From Deltaproteobacteria bacterium (GTDB taxonomy: Bacteria > Myxococcota > Kuafuiibacteriia > Kuafuiibacteriales > Kuafuiibacteriaceae), in the NCBI GenBank assembly GCA_040218735.1, contig JAVJQW010000006.1:32001-96000 (forward strand): 64,000 nt of DNA, read 5' to 3'. The stretch's first letter is position 1. Every line of letters begins with the position of its first letter. Position numbers and translations under genes: made by a program. The notes under the pieces are model-generated. The model had not been told where the DNA came from. It did not search any database and saw only the letters and a program-made list of their open reading frames with translations. This document shows, one piece after another, positions 1 through 8,567 of the stretch.

Positions 1-3000
1 AGGAAGAGGCGGCGAAGAAACGCGCGACGGAGTCGGTGTCGCCGCCGTCGAAGGTGCCGCCCGAGGCGACGATCGATCCCGAGCGGAAGAGGAAGATCGA
101 CGAACACCGCGACATGGAGGTGTGGCCGGCCGAGATGAAGCGGCGCGTGCCGGACCTCGACACGAACCGCGTCGTCGACACGCTGAAGGGGAAGTCACCG
201 CTGGGTGAGCTGAGCGACGCCGAGAAGCAGTACTACCTCGACGGGGCGATCGACACGATGACCGACCTCGGTGATCGGGACAGACGGGCCACGAACTACA
301 CGGCGATCCGGAAGCTGAGGGAGGCGGCCGAGAAGGACCCGTCGATCGCGGGCGCGGTGAGTGAAGCGTACGCGCGCCGCGCGGTTCGTATGCAGCGTGG
401 GTTCGACAACGGGAAGCCGGCGTACCCCGACGAGCGGGCGCTGGCGGCGACCTTCGGGACCGAGGCGGTGCTCGCCGCCGGAAACACGGCGAACCGCGCG
501 CGGCTGATCGAGCGGCTGGGGCCCGAGGACACGCAGCGGCTCGGACGCACGCTCGATCGCAAACCCACCGAGCCGACCGACGGCGGCGACATGATGCTGG
601 GGGGGAGCTCGAACTACGCGGAGATCGATGTGGCCGAGACGCGGCTCCTCGCCGCGCAGGCGGCGAAGCTCGCGGTGGATCCGGCGCGGCTCGACGAGGA
701 GGGGGCGCGCTTCGATCGTGTGCTGGCGACTTCGCAGGGGCAGGACCTCTTTCGTCACGACTTCTCGGCGGAGCAGAAGTACGTGCACGCCGGGCTCGTG
801 TTGAGTCGGTCGGACTGGGACGCGGACCTGTTCACGAAGACGGAGTCGGCGTTCGACAACCCGGACGTCGCGCGCGCGCTCGCGGCGCCGCAGATGAAGG
901 CGTACGTGACGCAGCGGGGAGACCGCCCGCAGCCCCTCGCCGGCGACAACCTGGAGAACACGGTCGGGTTTGCGTTCGGGATGAAACCCAAGGGGGGTGA
1001 AGGCACGAACTTCTACACCGACGCGACGAGCGCGAAGATCATCGCGCCGGTCGCGGAGCAAATCCGCGCGGTGGGTGGTGACCGGCCCGAGGTGACGGTG
1101 CTGCCCGTTCAGCTCACGTCGAAGGACACCGGCGCGGTGCAGCTGAAGTTGTTTCGCGTGCAGGACGCGAAGACCGGGGCGGATCGGTTCGTCGACAACC
1201 TCGGCCGCAAGTACGACTCGTTCGCGGACTGGAAGGCGAACAACAAACTCCCGCCGGGGACGATGACGTTCCCCCCGAACGGGCACCTCACGCCCGACGC
1301 GAAGACCGAGGTCGCGGCGACGCCCGCGGTCGTCGACACGCCGGGCGAGCACGTCACGCGCGCGCTGGACTGGGCGGCGCTGGTCGGCGGGACCGTGGCG
1401 GGTGGTGCGGTGATCGTCGGGAGCGGCGGGACGATGGCGCCCATCGTGATGGCGGGCGCGGCGGCGTGGGGGGCCTACCGGAACATCGATACCCTCGCGG
1501 ACCGCAGCCGGCACGGGCAGTCGATCGATCCGCTCGCGAGCCCCCAGGCGCGCGCGGAGTGGTTGGGCCTCACGGCGAACGTGCTCGGGTTCGCGTCGAT
1601 TCCGATGATCGGTGCGGCGTCGAGGTTCGCGCGACTCGCGCCGACGGTGTCGAGGATGAACACCGCGGCGAACGTCGCGGACGCCGCGACGGCGATCGAC
1701 ACCGCGACCCAGCTCGTGGACAACTGGGACGAACTGTCGGCCGACGAGCGCGCGATGGCGGCGCTGTCGATCGGGTACTGGGGTGCGAACGCGATGGGGC
1801 GCACGCGGCTCGTCGAGCGCACCGACGATCTGTACAGCGTGAACAGCCTGAAGAAGGGGCTCGAGACGGCGCGGTACGAGCTGGGGGCGCCGCTCGCTTC
1901 GCGCACGATGAAGTGGGCCGATATGACGCCCGCGCAGCGTCAGGCGGAGCTGAAGGCGATGTACCCGGACGCGAAGGAGCTGCAGCAGCTTACACCCGAG
2001 CAGCTCCGCGAAACGTTCGGTGATGGTCCGTACCATCCGAGCCTCGGCACGCTGGGGCACGTGCCGGGCTTCGCTTCGTACGTGCGGTCGAACCCGTCGA
2101 CGGCCAAGAAGATCTACGACGCGACGTCGATCGTGGACGTGTCGGACGTCGTGGATCTGAAGCGCCCCGACTTCGTGGCCGCGGCTCAGCGTGCGTCGCG
2201 GATCGTCCCGACGACGAGCAAGATCAAGATCGGGTCCTCCGACGCCGAGTACTACGTGGCGGTGGCGCCCGAATCGGCGACGTCGCGGGTCCCGGCGCTC
2301 CAGCTGAAGCCGCCGTGGTCCTTGGATCACAACGGGGCGATGATGAAGAAGGGGCTCGTCCTCGGGGAGGACGGGAAGATGAAGTGGGAGGCGTCGAACG
2401 AGACGCGCGCCTTCGTGCCGATTCGACCCGAGCAGCTCGTCGTCGATCCGAAGACGGGGCGGACGGTTCAGAACATGCGCGAGGTCGCGGTGTTCTCGGG
2501 GCACGGGAGCCCTTACGGGTTCGAGGGTGTCCCTACCGAGGACGCCGCGAAGACGATGGCGCAACAGATCTTGCGCTACGAGAAGCAGAACCCGAACGCG
2601 ACGCGGTTGAAGTACGTCGCGCTGATGTCGTGCTCGCAAGGCAACCGCAGGGGGCCGTTCTTCGGGGACACCAACGCGATGGACTTCGAGCGCACGCTCA
2701 ACCGCGAGCTCGCTGCGGCGGGGCGCGAGCCCGTGGGTGTCCTCGCGTCGGAGCGCCCCGGGCTCCTCTTGGCGAACACGCAGAACGTGTGGGTCGAGAC
2801 CACGTGGTCGAAGTACAACAAGAAGTGGGCTCGGGACGCGCGCTTCGTGCCGACGGAGGCGCAGATGTACCGGCTCTCTCCCCAGGAGAATCGTTACCTC
2901 CTCGTCGGCGGCGCGATCGGCGCGACCGTGGGGGGTGCAGGTACGCTGGGCGTTGGTCTGGGGACGTACGCCTACGTCCGGCACCAGCAGGAGCAGGCGG

Positions 3001-3038
3001 AGCAGCGTCGGCGGGAGCAGCGTCAGCGGATGCGTTGA
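1..3038 (+). CDS. Large DUF4781-like protein with C-terminal caspase/C80-like His-Cys protease motif (5' partial)
   Basis: Frame is open from position 3. The segment LFRVQD..RFVDNLGRKYDSFADWKANNKLPPGTMTFPPNG plus Gly/Ala hydrophobic helices resembles DUF4781. C-terminal VFSGHGS...VALMSCS and a terminal hydrophobic helix. Confidence 0.65.
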   Translation, partial: EEAAKKRATESVSPPSKVPPEATIDPERKRKIDEHRDMEVWPAEMKRRVPDLDTNRVVDTLKGKSPLGELSDAEKQYYLDGAIDTMTDLGDRDRRATNYTAIRKLREAAEKDPSIAGAVSEAYARRAVRMQRGFDNGKPAYPDERALAATFGTEAVLAAGNTANRARLIERLGPEDTQRLGRTLDRKPTEPTDGGDMMLGGSSNYAEIDVAETRLLAAQAAKLAVDPARLDEEGARFDRVLATSQGQDLFRHDFSAEQKYVHAGLVLSRSDWDADLFTKTESAFDNPDVARALAAPQMKAYVTQRGDRPQPLAGDNLENTVGFAFGMKPKGGEGTNFYTDATSAKIIAPVAEQIRAVGGDRPEVTVLPVQLTSKDTGAVQLKLFRVQDAKTGADRFVDNLGRKYDSFADWKANNKLPPGTMTFPPNGHLTPDAKTEVAATPAVVDTPGEHVTRALDWAALVGGTVAGGAVIVGSGGTMAPIVMAGAAAWGAYRNIDTLADRSRHGQSIDPLASPQARAEWLGLTANVLGFASIPMIGAASRFARLAPTVSRMNTAANVADAATAIDTATQLVDNWDELSADERAMAALSIGYWGANAMGRTRLVERTDDLYSVNSLKKGLETARYELGAPLASRTMKWADMTPAQRQAELKAMYPDAKELQQLTPEQLRETFGDGPYHPSLGTLGHVPGFASYVRSNPSTAKKIYDATSIVDVSDVVDLKRPDFVAAAQRASRIVPTTSKIKIGSSDAEYYVAVAPESATSRVPALQLKPPWSLDHNGAMMKKGLVLGEDGKMKWEASNETRAFVPIRPEQLVVDPKTGRTVQNMREVAVFSGHGSPYGFEGVPTEDAAKTMAQQILRYEKQNPNATRLKYVALMSCSQGNRRGPFFGDTNAMDFERTLNRELAAAGREPVGVLASERPGLLLANTQNVWVETTWSKYNKKWARDARFVPTEAQMYRLSPQENRYLLVGGAIGATVGGAGTLGVGLGTYAYVRHQQEQAEQRRREQRQRMR

Positions 3039-3096
3039 TCGATGCGCCTCGAAATGGCGGCGTTACACCTCGGGCTTCGCGGGCCTCTCACCCTTC

Positions 3097-3573
3097 ATGA
3101 AACGAAGTGTCCTCCTACCCGTCGCTGCGTTCGGCCTCTCCTTCGTCACCGCGTTACCGATGATCGCGGACGCCTATATCGGGCGCGCGGGGCAGGCGTG
3201 CCGGCCGATCGACGACACGCCGGACGTCACGCAGGCGGCGACCGGCTGGAGGAACCTCGGCTCGATCCAGCGCGTGATCATCTGCCCGATCGACTCGAAC
3301 GGGGCTTCGATCCAGTCCCTGTGGATGACGGTGCTGGACAACAATTCGAGCCAGGAGGTGTACGCCGCGGCGACGTGGCGGAGCTGGTCCGGCTACTCTG
3401 GCGGGTCGTCGTTCCTCAGCCCGGTGACTTCGGCGGGGTACACCGGCACGGGGTCGTGGTCCGTAAACCAGGTGCACGTCGACGTGCTGAACAACGCGTC
3501 GTACTCCGGGTACCGAATGCTGTACGTGTATCTGCAGCCGTACACCGCGTTCTACGGGATCGAGATCTTCTGA
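3097..3573 (+). CDS. Secreted hypothetical protein (beta-rich, 2 Cys)
   Basis: ATG at 3097. Signal peptide MKRSVLLPVAAFGLSFVTALPMIADA. Stop overlaps the next start (TGATG). Confidence 0.75.
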   Translation: MKRSVLLPVAAFGLSFVTALPMIADAYIGRAGQACRPIDDTPDVTQAATGWRNLGSIQRVIICPIDSNGASIQSLWMTVLDNNSSQEVYAAATWRSWSGYSGGSSFLSPVTSAGYTGTGSWSVNQVHVDVLNNASYSGYRMLYVYLQPYTAFYGIEIF

Positions 3574-4145
3574 TGCTCCTCCGATCGGTCCTGACGATCG
3601 TGGCGGCCACCGGTGCGGGGGCCCTCGCGGCGCTGGCCGTGGTGGAGCTGCGTGCGCCGACGACGCCGGCGCCGCGCGAGGTTCGCGTGACGGAGCGGGT
3701 CGAGGTGACCCACGATGTCGTGCGCGACGACCCGCGCGTTGGTCCGCTGATCGCGCGCAGTCGCGACGTGGAAGCTCGACTGGAGGCGCTCGAGAGCGCT
3801 CCCGCCGTCGAGGCGCGCGACGCCGTTCGACGGGAGGACGACGCAAGGAGCCACGCCGCCCGTGTGCGTCTGCAGGCGGACCACGAAGCGTCGCACGTGG
3901 ACGGGACGTGGGCGTCGGCGACGCGCTACGCGATCGAAGAGACGCTCGACGGCCGGACGAAGGCGAGGCTCGAGACCGTGGACTGTCGGAGCGACTCCTG
4001 CGCCGCTCGCGTGGCCTACGACTCGGAGGCCGACGCCCTCGACGACGCGATGGCGCTCGTCGTCGCCGACTACGGTGTGCCGTGCAACAAGCAGTTCTGG
4101 GTGGAGGGGCCGACGGTCGAGCTGTGGCTCTACGGGTGTGAGTGA
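3573..4145 (+). CDS. Membrane-anchored hypothetical protein
   Basis: TGATG coupling, N-terminal TM helix, coiled segment, and DxxW...VDCRSDSC motif. Confidence 0.7.
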   Translation: MLLRSVLTIVAATGAGALAALAVVELRAPTTPAPREVRVTERVEVTHDVVRDDPRVGPLIARSRDVEARLEALESAPAVEARDAVRREDDARSHAARVRLQADHEASHVDGTWASATRYAIEETLDGRTKARLETVDCRSDSCAARVAYDSEADALDDAMALVVADYGVPCNKQFWVEGPTVELWLYGCE

Positions 4146-4187
4146 CGTCGCACACCCCCCTCGACACACGGCGCGTACACGTGTGGG

Positions 4188-5213
4188 GTGTCGCGCGTCG
4201 TGCGGGTGTGCCTCTTCCTCGTCGGTCTGTTGTTCGCGACGACCGCGAACGCCGAAGAGGTGCGCCGCGCGTGGGCCGGCGGATCGATGCGCGACGTCCC
4301 GCGCGAGGTGGAGGGCCCCGCCGCTTGGGTGCCGACCGCGACGATCACCGACTACGGGTACGACCGTCGACTGAAGGGGTGGCTCCCGGTTGATCTCGTG
4401 ACATGGCCGGTGCAACCGGCGATCGGTGATCGAAGCTACGCCGTGGGCGCGCGTGTCGAGGTGCTGCGGATGCGCTGCTTCGTCGACGAGCGGAGGCGTC
4501 GACGTGTTCGCTGCGAAGACGGTCGGACCCCGCCGCCGGTGCTGCTCGCGGAGCCGTTCGGCGCCGAACGCTCGGAGGTATTACCGCCGCTCCTGACGCA
4601 GTGCTACGACGTTCACGTCGTCGGCCCGACGCCGGCGGAGATCCGCAAGGCGACTTCGATCCTCTCGCGGGGGCGCACGCTGACAGAGGTGCCGTTCCTG
4701 AAGGGCGACCGATTCGTGCACATCGTCGTCTACCGCACCCACTGGGAGCGCGAGACGATCCGGCTGAAGAACAAGAAGCGCGAGGTCGACGTGCACGAAC
4801 GCGTCGAGGCCGTGCTGGTCGACCACGCGCCGCGGGTGAAGTCTGCAAAGGTCGGCCTCACCCGGATCGTTCCGCTCGCGGCAGGTGAGGTCGAGCCAGC
4901 GTTCGAGGCGCTCGTGCTTCGCCGCCAGTGGTTCCCGGGCCGCGAAGCGTACGTCGCGCGGCGACTGGAGCATGTCGACGTTCGCGGATTGCCGCCCACG
5001 GAGCGCGCGGTCGTCGAGTACGACCGGGTCGTCGAGCACCTCGCAATCGGCAACACCGCGCGCGCGGCAGCGGCTTTGTTGCGCTTGGAGTCGGGGCTCG
5101 ACGGGGTCTCTTCCGACGTTCGCGCGATGATCGACTCGCAGCTCCCTCGGATGCGCGCGATCGCTCGTGGCGAGCGGCTGCTCTACCACCCCTGCACCGG
5201 GAGGCCGTGGTGA
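4188..5213 (+). CDS. Secreted hypothetical protein (paralog of next gene)
   Basis: Signal peptide ending ANA-EE. Shares Cys motifs with 5210..6235. Confidence 0.65.
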   Translation: MSRVVRVCLFLVGLLFATTANAEEVRRAWAGGSMRDVPREVEGPAAWVPTATITDYGYDRRLKGWLPVDLVTWPVQPAIGDRSYAVGARVEVLRMRCFVDERRRRRVRCEDGRTPPPVLLAEPFGAERSEVLPPLLTQCYDVHVVGPTPAEIRKATSILSRGRTLTEVPFLKGDRFVHIVVYRTHWERETIRLKNKKREVDVHERVEAVLVDHAPRVKSAKVGLTRIVPLAAGEVEPAFEALVLRRQWFPGREAYVARRLEHVDVRGLPPTERAVVEYDRVVEHLAIGNTARAAAALLRLESGLDGVSSDVRAMIDSQLPRMRAIARGERLLYHPCTGRPW

Positions 5214-6235
5214 GGCGTGCGCTGTGGTTCTGTGTCGCGTCGTTCGCCTGTGCGACGCCCGTGACACCAGAGACGCCTCGGCCGCCGCAGGAGTCCGCGA
5301 CGCCGAGCGCCAACGAGCGCGACGCGTGGGTCGCCTCGATCGCCACGACGAACGAGCGGTTCTGGGTCGAGGAGAGGGCGGTGCTATTCGCGCGTACCGC
5401 GACCGCCGGTGCGTTCGACGTCGCGCCGCGAATCACGCCGGGGGTTCGCGTCGAGCTGCGTCTGGTGTCGTGTGAGCTCCCGCCCCCGGGGAAGCGTGCG
5501 GCCATTCGCTGTCGCGACGGTCTCAGCGAACGGCCGATCGCAAACGACGATCTGTTTGCGCCGTGGTTGAAGACGCTCGAGGGCTGCCATGATGTCCAGC
5601 GTACGCAGAGCGATGCCGCCACGCGGAAGGCCATCGCGCGCTCGATCGAGGCGAGCGGGCGCTCGGGGCTCGAGGTCGAAGGGGAGGGCGCCATCACGGT
5701 CGTGGAGGTCGTGCGGCCGATCCTCTCGCGGGAGCGTGCGAACGAATGCTCGGGTGTGAAACACCGCCCGTGTGATCCGGTCTCGAGCTGGCCTACCGAG
5801 AACGTCGGCTACTTCTACACGCGCTCCTACGAGCTCGTCGGGCCGCGCGGCGCGGGCCCCCTCGCTTATCCGTACGAGCTCACGAGCGCGATGATCGGCT
5901 TCCCGATCGCGGGCGCGCGGCGCGACGGTTGGTTCGTCCCCGACGCGGGGTTCGATCGCCCGAAGGCGTCGGGGCGCCTCGACCGCGTGCTTGCCTACGA
6001 ACCGCCCGACGACGACGCCCGGCTCGCCGCCGCGCTCTACGCAGCGTCGGTGGCCGTGGAGGAGGAGGACGACTGCGCAAGCCAACTTGCGCAGCGCTTC
6101 CTCGACGAGCTCGCGCGCCGCCCGATCGCGGAAGTGCACTTCGAGCTCCGCCGCCACGCGCTCATATCGCGCGACGCGATGAAGCTGATCGCGTCGGGGC
6201 TGCGCTCCGCGCGTCGACCGTGCCCGAAGGACTAA
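5210..6235 (+). CDS. Putative lipoprotein (paralog of previous gene)
   Basis: GTG overlaps the upstream stop. Lipobox-like VASFAC, Pro-rich linker, shared motifs. Confidence 0.65.
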   Translation: MRRALWFCVASFACATPVTPETPRPPQESATPSANERDAWVASIATTNERFWVEERAVLFARTATAGAFDVAPRITPGVRVELRLVSCELPPPGKRAAIRCRDGLSERPIANDDLFAPWLKTLEGCHDVQRTQSDAATRKAIARSIEASGRSGLEVEGEGAITVVEVVRPILSRERANECSGVKHRPCDPVSSWPTENVGYFYTRSYELVGPRGAGPLAYPYELTSAMIGFPIAGARRDGWFVPDAGFDRPKASGRLDRVLAYEPPDDDARLAAALYAASVAVEEEDDCASQLAQRFLDELARRPIAEVHFELRRHALISRDAMKLIASGLRSARRPCPKD

Positions 6236-7083
6236 GACGGCTGCTGGAGGGCGTCGGTCGCGTCGACGCCGAGGACGCGTTTGCCCACGTGTTTGGCGAC
6301 GGTCTGGTACGCGTCGACCGAGAGGCGTTTGAGCGCCCACACCGGCATGACGTGGCTCGCGGGGGACGTGACCACGGCCTTGTTCTTCTGGATGCCGGTC
6401 ACGATATCGGCGGCGACGGACTCCGCGGTGGCGCCGTGTTTGGCGTACAGCTCCATCGTCTTTTCGCGCTGGGCTTCGGCGGCGCCGGTCACGGGTGACG
6501 CACGGACGATGTCGGTTTGGATGAGGCCGGGGCAGACGACGGTGACGCCGATGCCGTGGGGTTCGAGCTCGGCGCGGATGGACTCCGAGATGCCGACGAC
6601 CGCGAACTTCGTCGCGCAGTAGGGCGCCATGCCGGGGACGGCGATCAGGCCGAGGCCGGACGACGTGTTCACGATGTGGCCGCCACTGCCCTGCGCGATC
6701 ATGCGCGGGACGAAGGTGTGGATGCCGTAGATCGTGCCCCACAGGTTGATGCCGATGACACGCTCCCAGTCTTCGATGCGCGTCTCGTGCGCGAGCGCGG
6801 CGTGGCCGATGCCGGCGTTGTTGTGGAGGATGTCGACGCGCCCGGACTCGGCGTAGACGGCGTCGGCGAGGGCCATGATCGCTTCGTGTTTCGAGCAGTC
6901 GACCGCGTGGGCCCACGCGTTGCGGCCCGTCGCGCGCACCTCGGTCGCGACCTGCTCGGCGCGCTCGGGGTCGATGTCGACGACGTGCACGTGCACACCT
7001 TCGCGCGCGAGGCGGAGCGCCGTGGCGCGCCCGATTCCGGAGCCGGCGCCGGTGATGACTGCGATCTTGTCTTTGAGGTTCAT
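6232..7083 (-). CDS. Classical SDR-family oxidoreductase
   Basis: TGAGSGIG, NNAG, VNTSS and YCATK catalytic motifs. Confidence 0.92.
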   Translation of the reverse strand: MNLKDKIAVITGAGSGIGRATALRLAREGVHVHVVDIDPERAEQVATEVRATGRNAWAHAVDCSKHEAIMALADAVYAESGRVDILHNNAGIGHAALAHETRIEDWERVIGINLWGTIYGIHTFVPRMIAQGSGGHIVNTSSGLGLIAVPGMAPYCATKFAVVGISESIRAELEPHGIGVTVVCPGLIQTDIVRASPVTGAAEAQREKTMELYAKHGATAESVAADIVTGIQKNKAVVTSPASHVMPVWALKRLSVDAYQTVAKHVGKRVLGVDATDALQQPS

Positions 7084-7688
7084 GGCGTTCCTTGGGGCTC
7101 GAGGCCGTAGCGCTCGAGGATTTGCTGAAGCGTCTGCATGAGCATGCCGATCAGCGTTTCGATGAGTTGCTCGCGTTCGATGTCGCGGTGCTCGAGCCAG
7201 TCGAGGCTCGCGGCTTCCACCGCGCCGATCCACGCGCGGGCGAGGTTCCTGAGATCCGGGACGGGGGTTTCGAAGCCGGCGTCGGAGAGCATTCGGTCGG
7301 CGATGCGACGGCGGCTCTGGTCGATGATCGCGGCGACCTCCGGGTCGACGCCGATGCCGCTGGAGAGCAGCGACTGGTACGCGCCGGCGCGCGCTTCGAC
7401 GAAGTCGAGGTAGCGGTTGAGCCCCTGGTAGGCGCGCTCGAGCGGGGGGAGCTCCTTGTCGGGCTGGACGGCGGCGTCGAACAGCTCGGCGCCGGCGCGG
7501 ACGCACTCGACGTAGAAGTTCCGCTTGTTCGAGAAGTAGTGGTAGAGCAGCCCCTTCGAGATGCCGGCGCGCTGCGCGATCTCGTCGATCGAGACGTCCT
7601 CGTAGCTCTTCTCCCCGAAGATCTCGATCCCCAGCGTGAGGAGCTGGTCTTTGCGCTCGTCGACCTGGAGTCGATTGCGGGTCGCCAT
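7080..7688 (-). CDS. TetR/AcrR family transcriptional regulator
   Basis: HTH SIDEIAQRAGISKGLLYHYFSNK. Confidence 0.93.
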   Translation of the reverse strand: MATRNRLQVDERKDQLLTLGIEIFGEKSYEDVSIDEIAQRAGISKGLLYHYFSNKRNFYVECVRAGAELFDAAVQPDKELPPLERAYQGLNRYLDFVEARAGAYQSLLSSGIGVDPEVAAIIDQSRRRIADRMLSDAGFETPVPDLRNLARAWIGAVEAASLDWLEHRDIEREQLIETLIGMLMQTLQQILERYGLEPQGTP

Positions 7689-7709
7689 GGCTGGTTTCTT
7701 TCCCACGCT

Positions 7710-7744
7710 ATTGACTCCAGTTCAATTAGCACCCTACAGTGCTA
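7710..7744. promoter_or_regulatory. Divergent promoter with putative TetR operator(s)
   Basis: ATTGA-N7-TCAAT palindrome (7710-7726) overlaps TTGACT (-35). TACAGT (-10) at 7735-7740. Second inverted repeat TAGCAC-N6-GTGCTA (7727-7744). Confidence 0.6.
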
Positions 7745-7748
7745 TTGA

Positions 7749-8567
7749 ATGAAGTTCAACAAGAAGATCACGCCCCGCCGCATGGACTTCGAGTTAGACG
7801 AGAACGCGATTCCGCGGTGGTGGTTCGCGGACAATCCGCTCATGACGCACTACGCGAACGGGCTGAACCTGGTGTTCCCAGAGGGGGAGCGCTTCTTCAT
7901 CCGGAGCGTCGCGCACTACCTCGACCAGCTCGACGACGAAGAGCTGAAGTCGCGCGCTCGCGCGTTCTTCGCGCAGGAGGCGTCGCACGGTCGCGAGCAC
8001 ACGCACTCGTTCGAGATGTTGGAGCGCCAGGGCTTCAAGCTGTCGAAGTACCTCCGCTTCTACGAGAAGCGCGCGGTACCGACGCTCGAGAAGTTGTTCC
8101 CGCCGGCCTTCCGTCTCGCGACCACGGCTGCGCTCGAGCACCTCACCGCAACGCTCGGTGAGCGCGCGCTCGCCGACGACGTGTTGGATCTCGCGCACCC
8201 CGCGATGCGGGATCTGTTGCGTTGGCACGCGGCCGAGGAGATCGAGCACAAGTCCGTCGCGTACGACGTCTTCCAGACGGTCGACGGCCGCTACTGGGTC
8301 CGCATCTTCGGCATGACGTTCGGCCTCGCGACGCTGATGCTCTTCTGGACGATCGGCGCGCGCATGCTGCTCGCGCAAGAGAAGTTGACGCGCAAGGAGA
8401 AGCGCTACTTCGCGAAGCGCATCCCGAAGAACCGCAGGAACGAGACGCGCAAGCTCTTCCGCCGCGCCTTCATCGACTACCTGCGCCGAGACTTCCACCC
8501 CGACGACCGCGACGACTACCACCTCGCCGCGGAGTACCTCGAGGGGATCGGGCGCCTCGCGGCCTGA
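7749..8567 (+). CDS. Predicted metal-dependent hydrolase (ferritin-like diiron, Metal_hydrol family)
   Basis: FPEGERFFIRSV, QEASHGREH, LEHLTA, WHAAEEIEHKSVAYDV. Confidence 0.88.
   Translation: MKFNKKITPRRMDFELDENAIPRWWFADNPLMTHYANGLNLVFPEGERFFIRSVAHYLDQLDDEELKSRARAFFAQEASHGREHTHSFEMLERQGFKLSKYLRFYEKRAVPTLEKLFPPAFRLATTAALEHLTATLGERALADDVLDLAHPAMRDLLRWHAAEEIEHKSVAYDVFQTVDGRYWVRIFGMTFGLATLMLFWTIGARMLLAQEKLTRKEKRYFAKRIPKNRRNETRKLFRRAFIDYLRRDFHPDDRDDYHLAAEYLEGIGRLAA

Noticed and set aside
195-2984. 929-aa antisense ORF, and similar long shadow ORFs (50949..55496 +, 34739..37207 -, 40703..42979 -)
   Set aside because: Arg/Val-rich translations with no motifs. These are typical stop-free antisense frames of high-GC genes.
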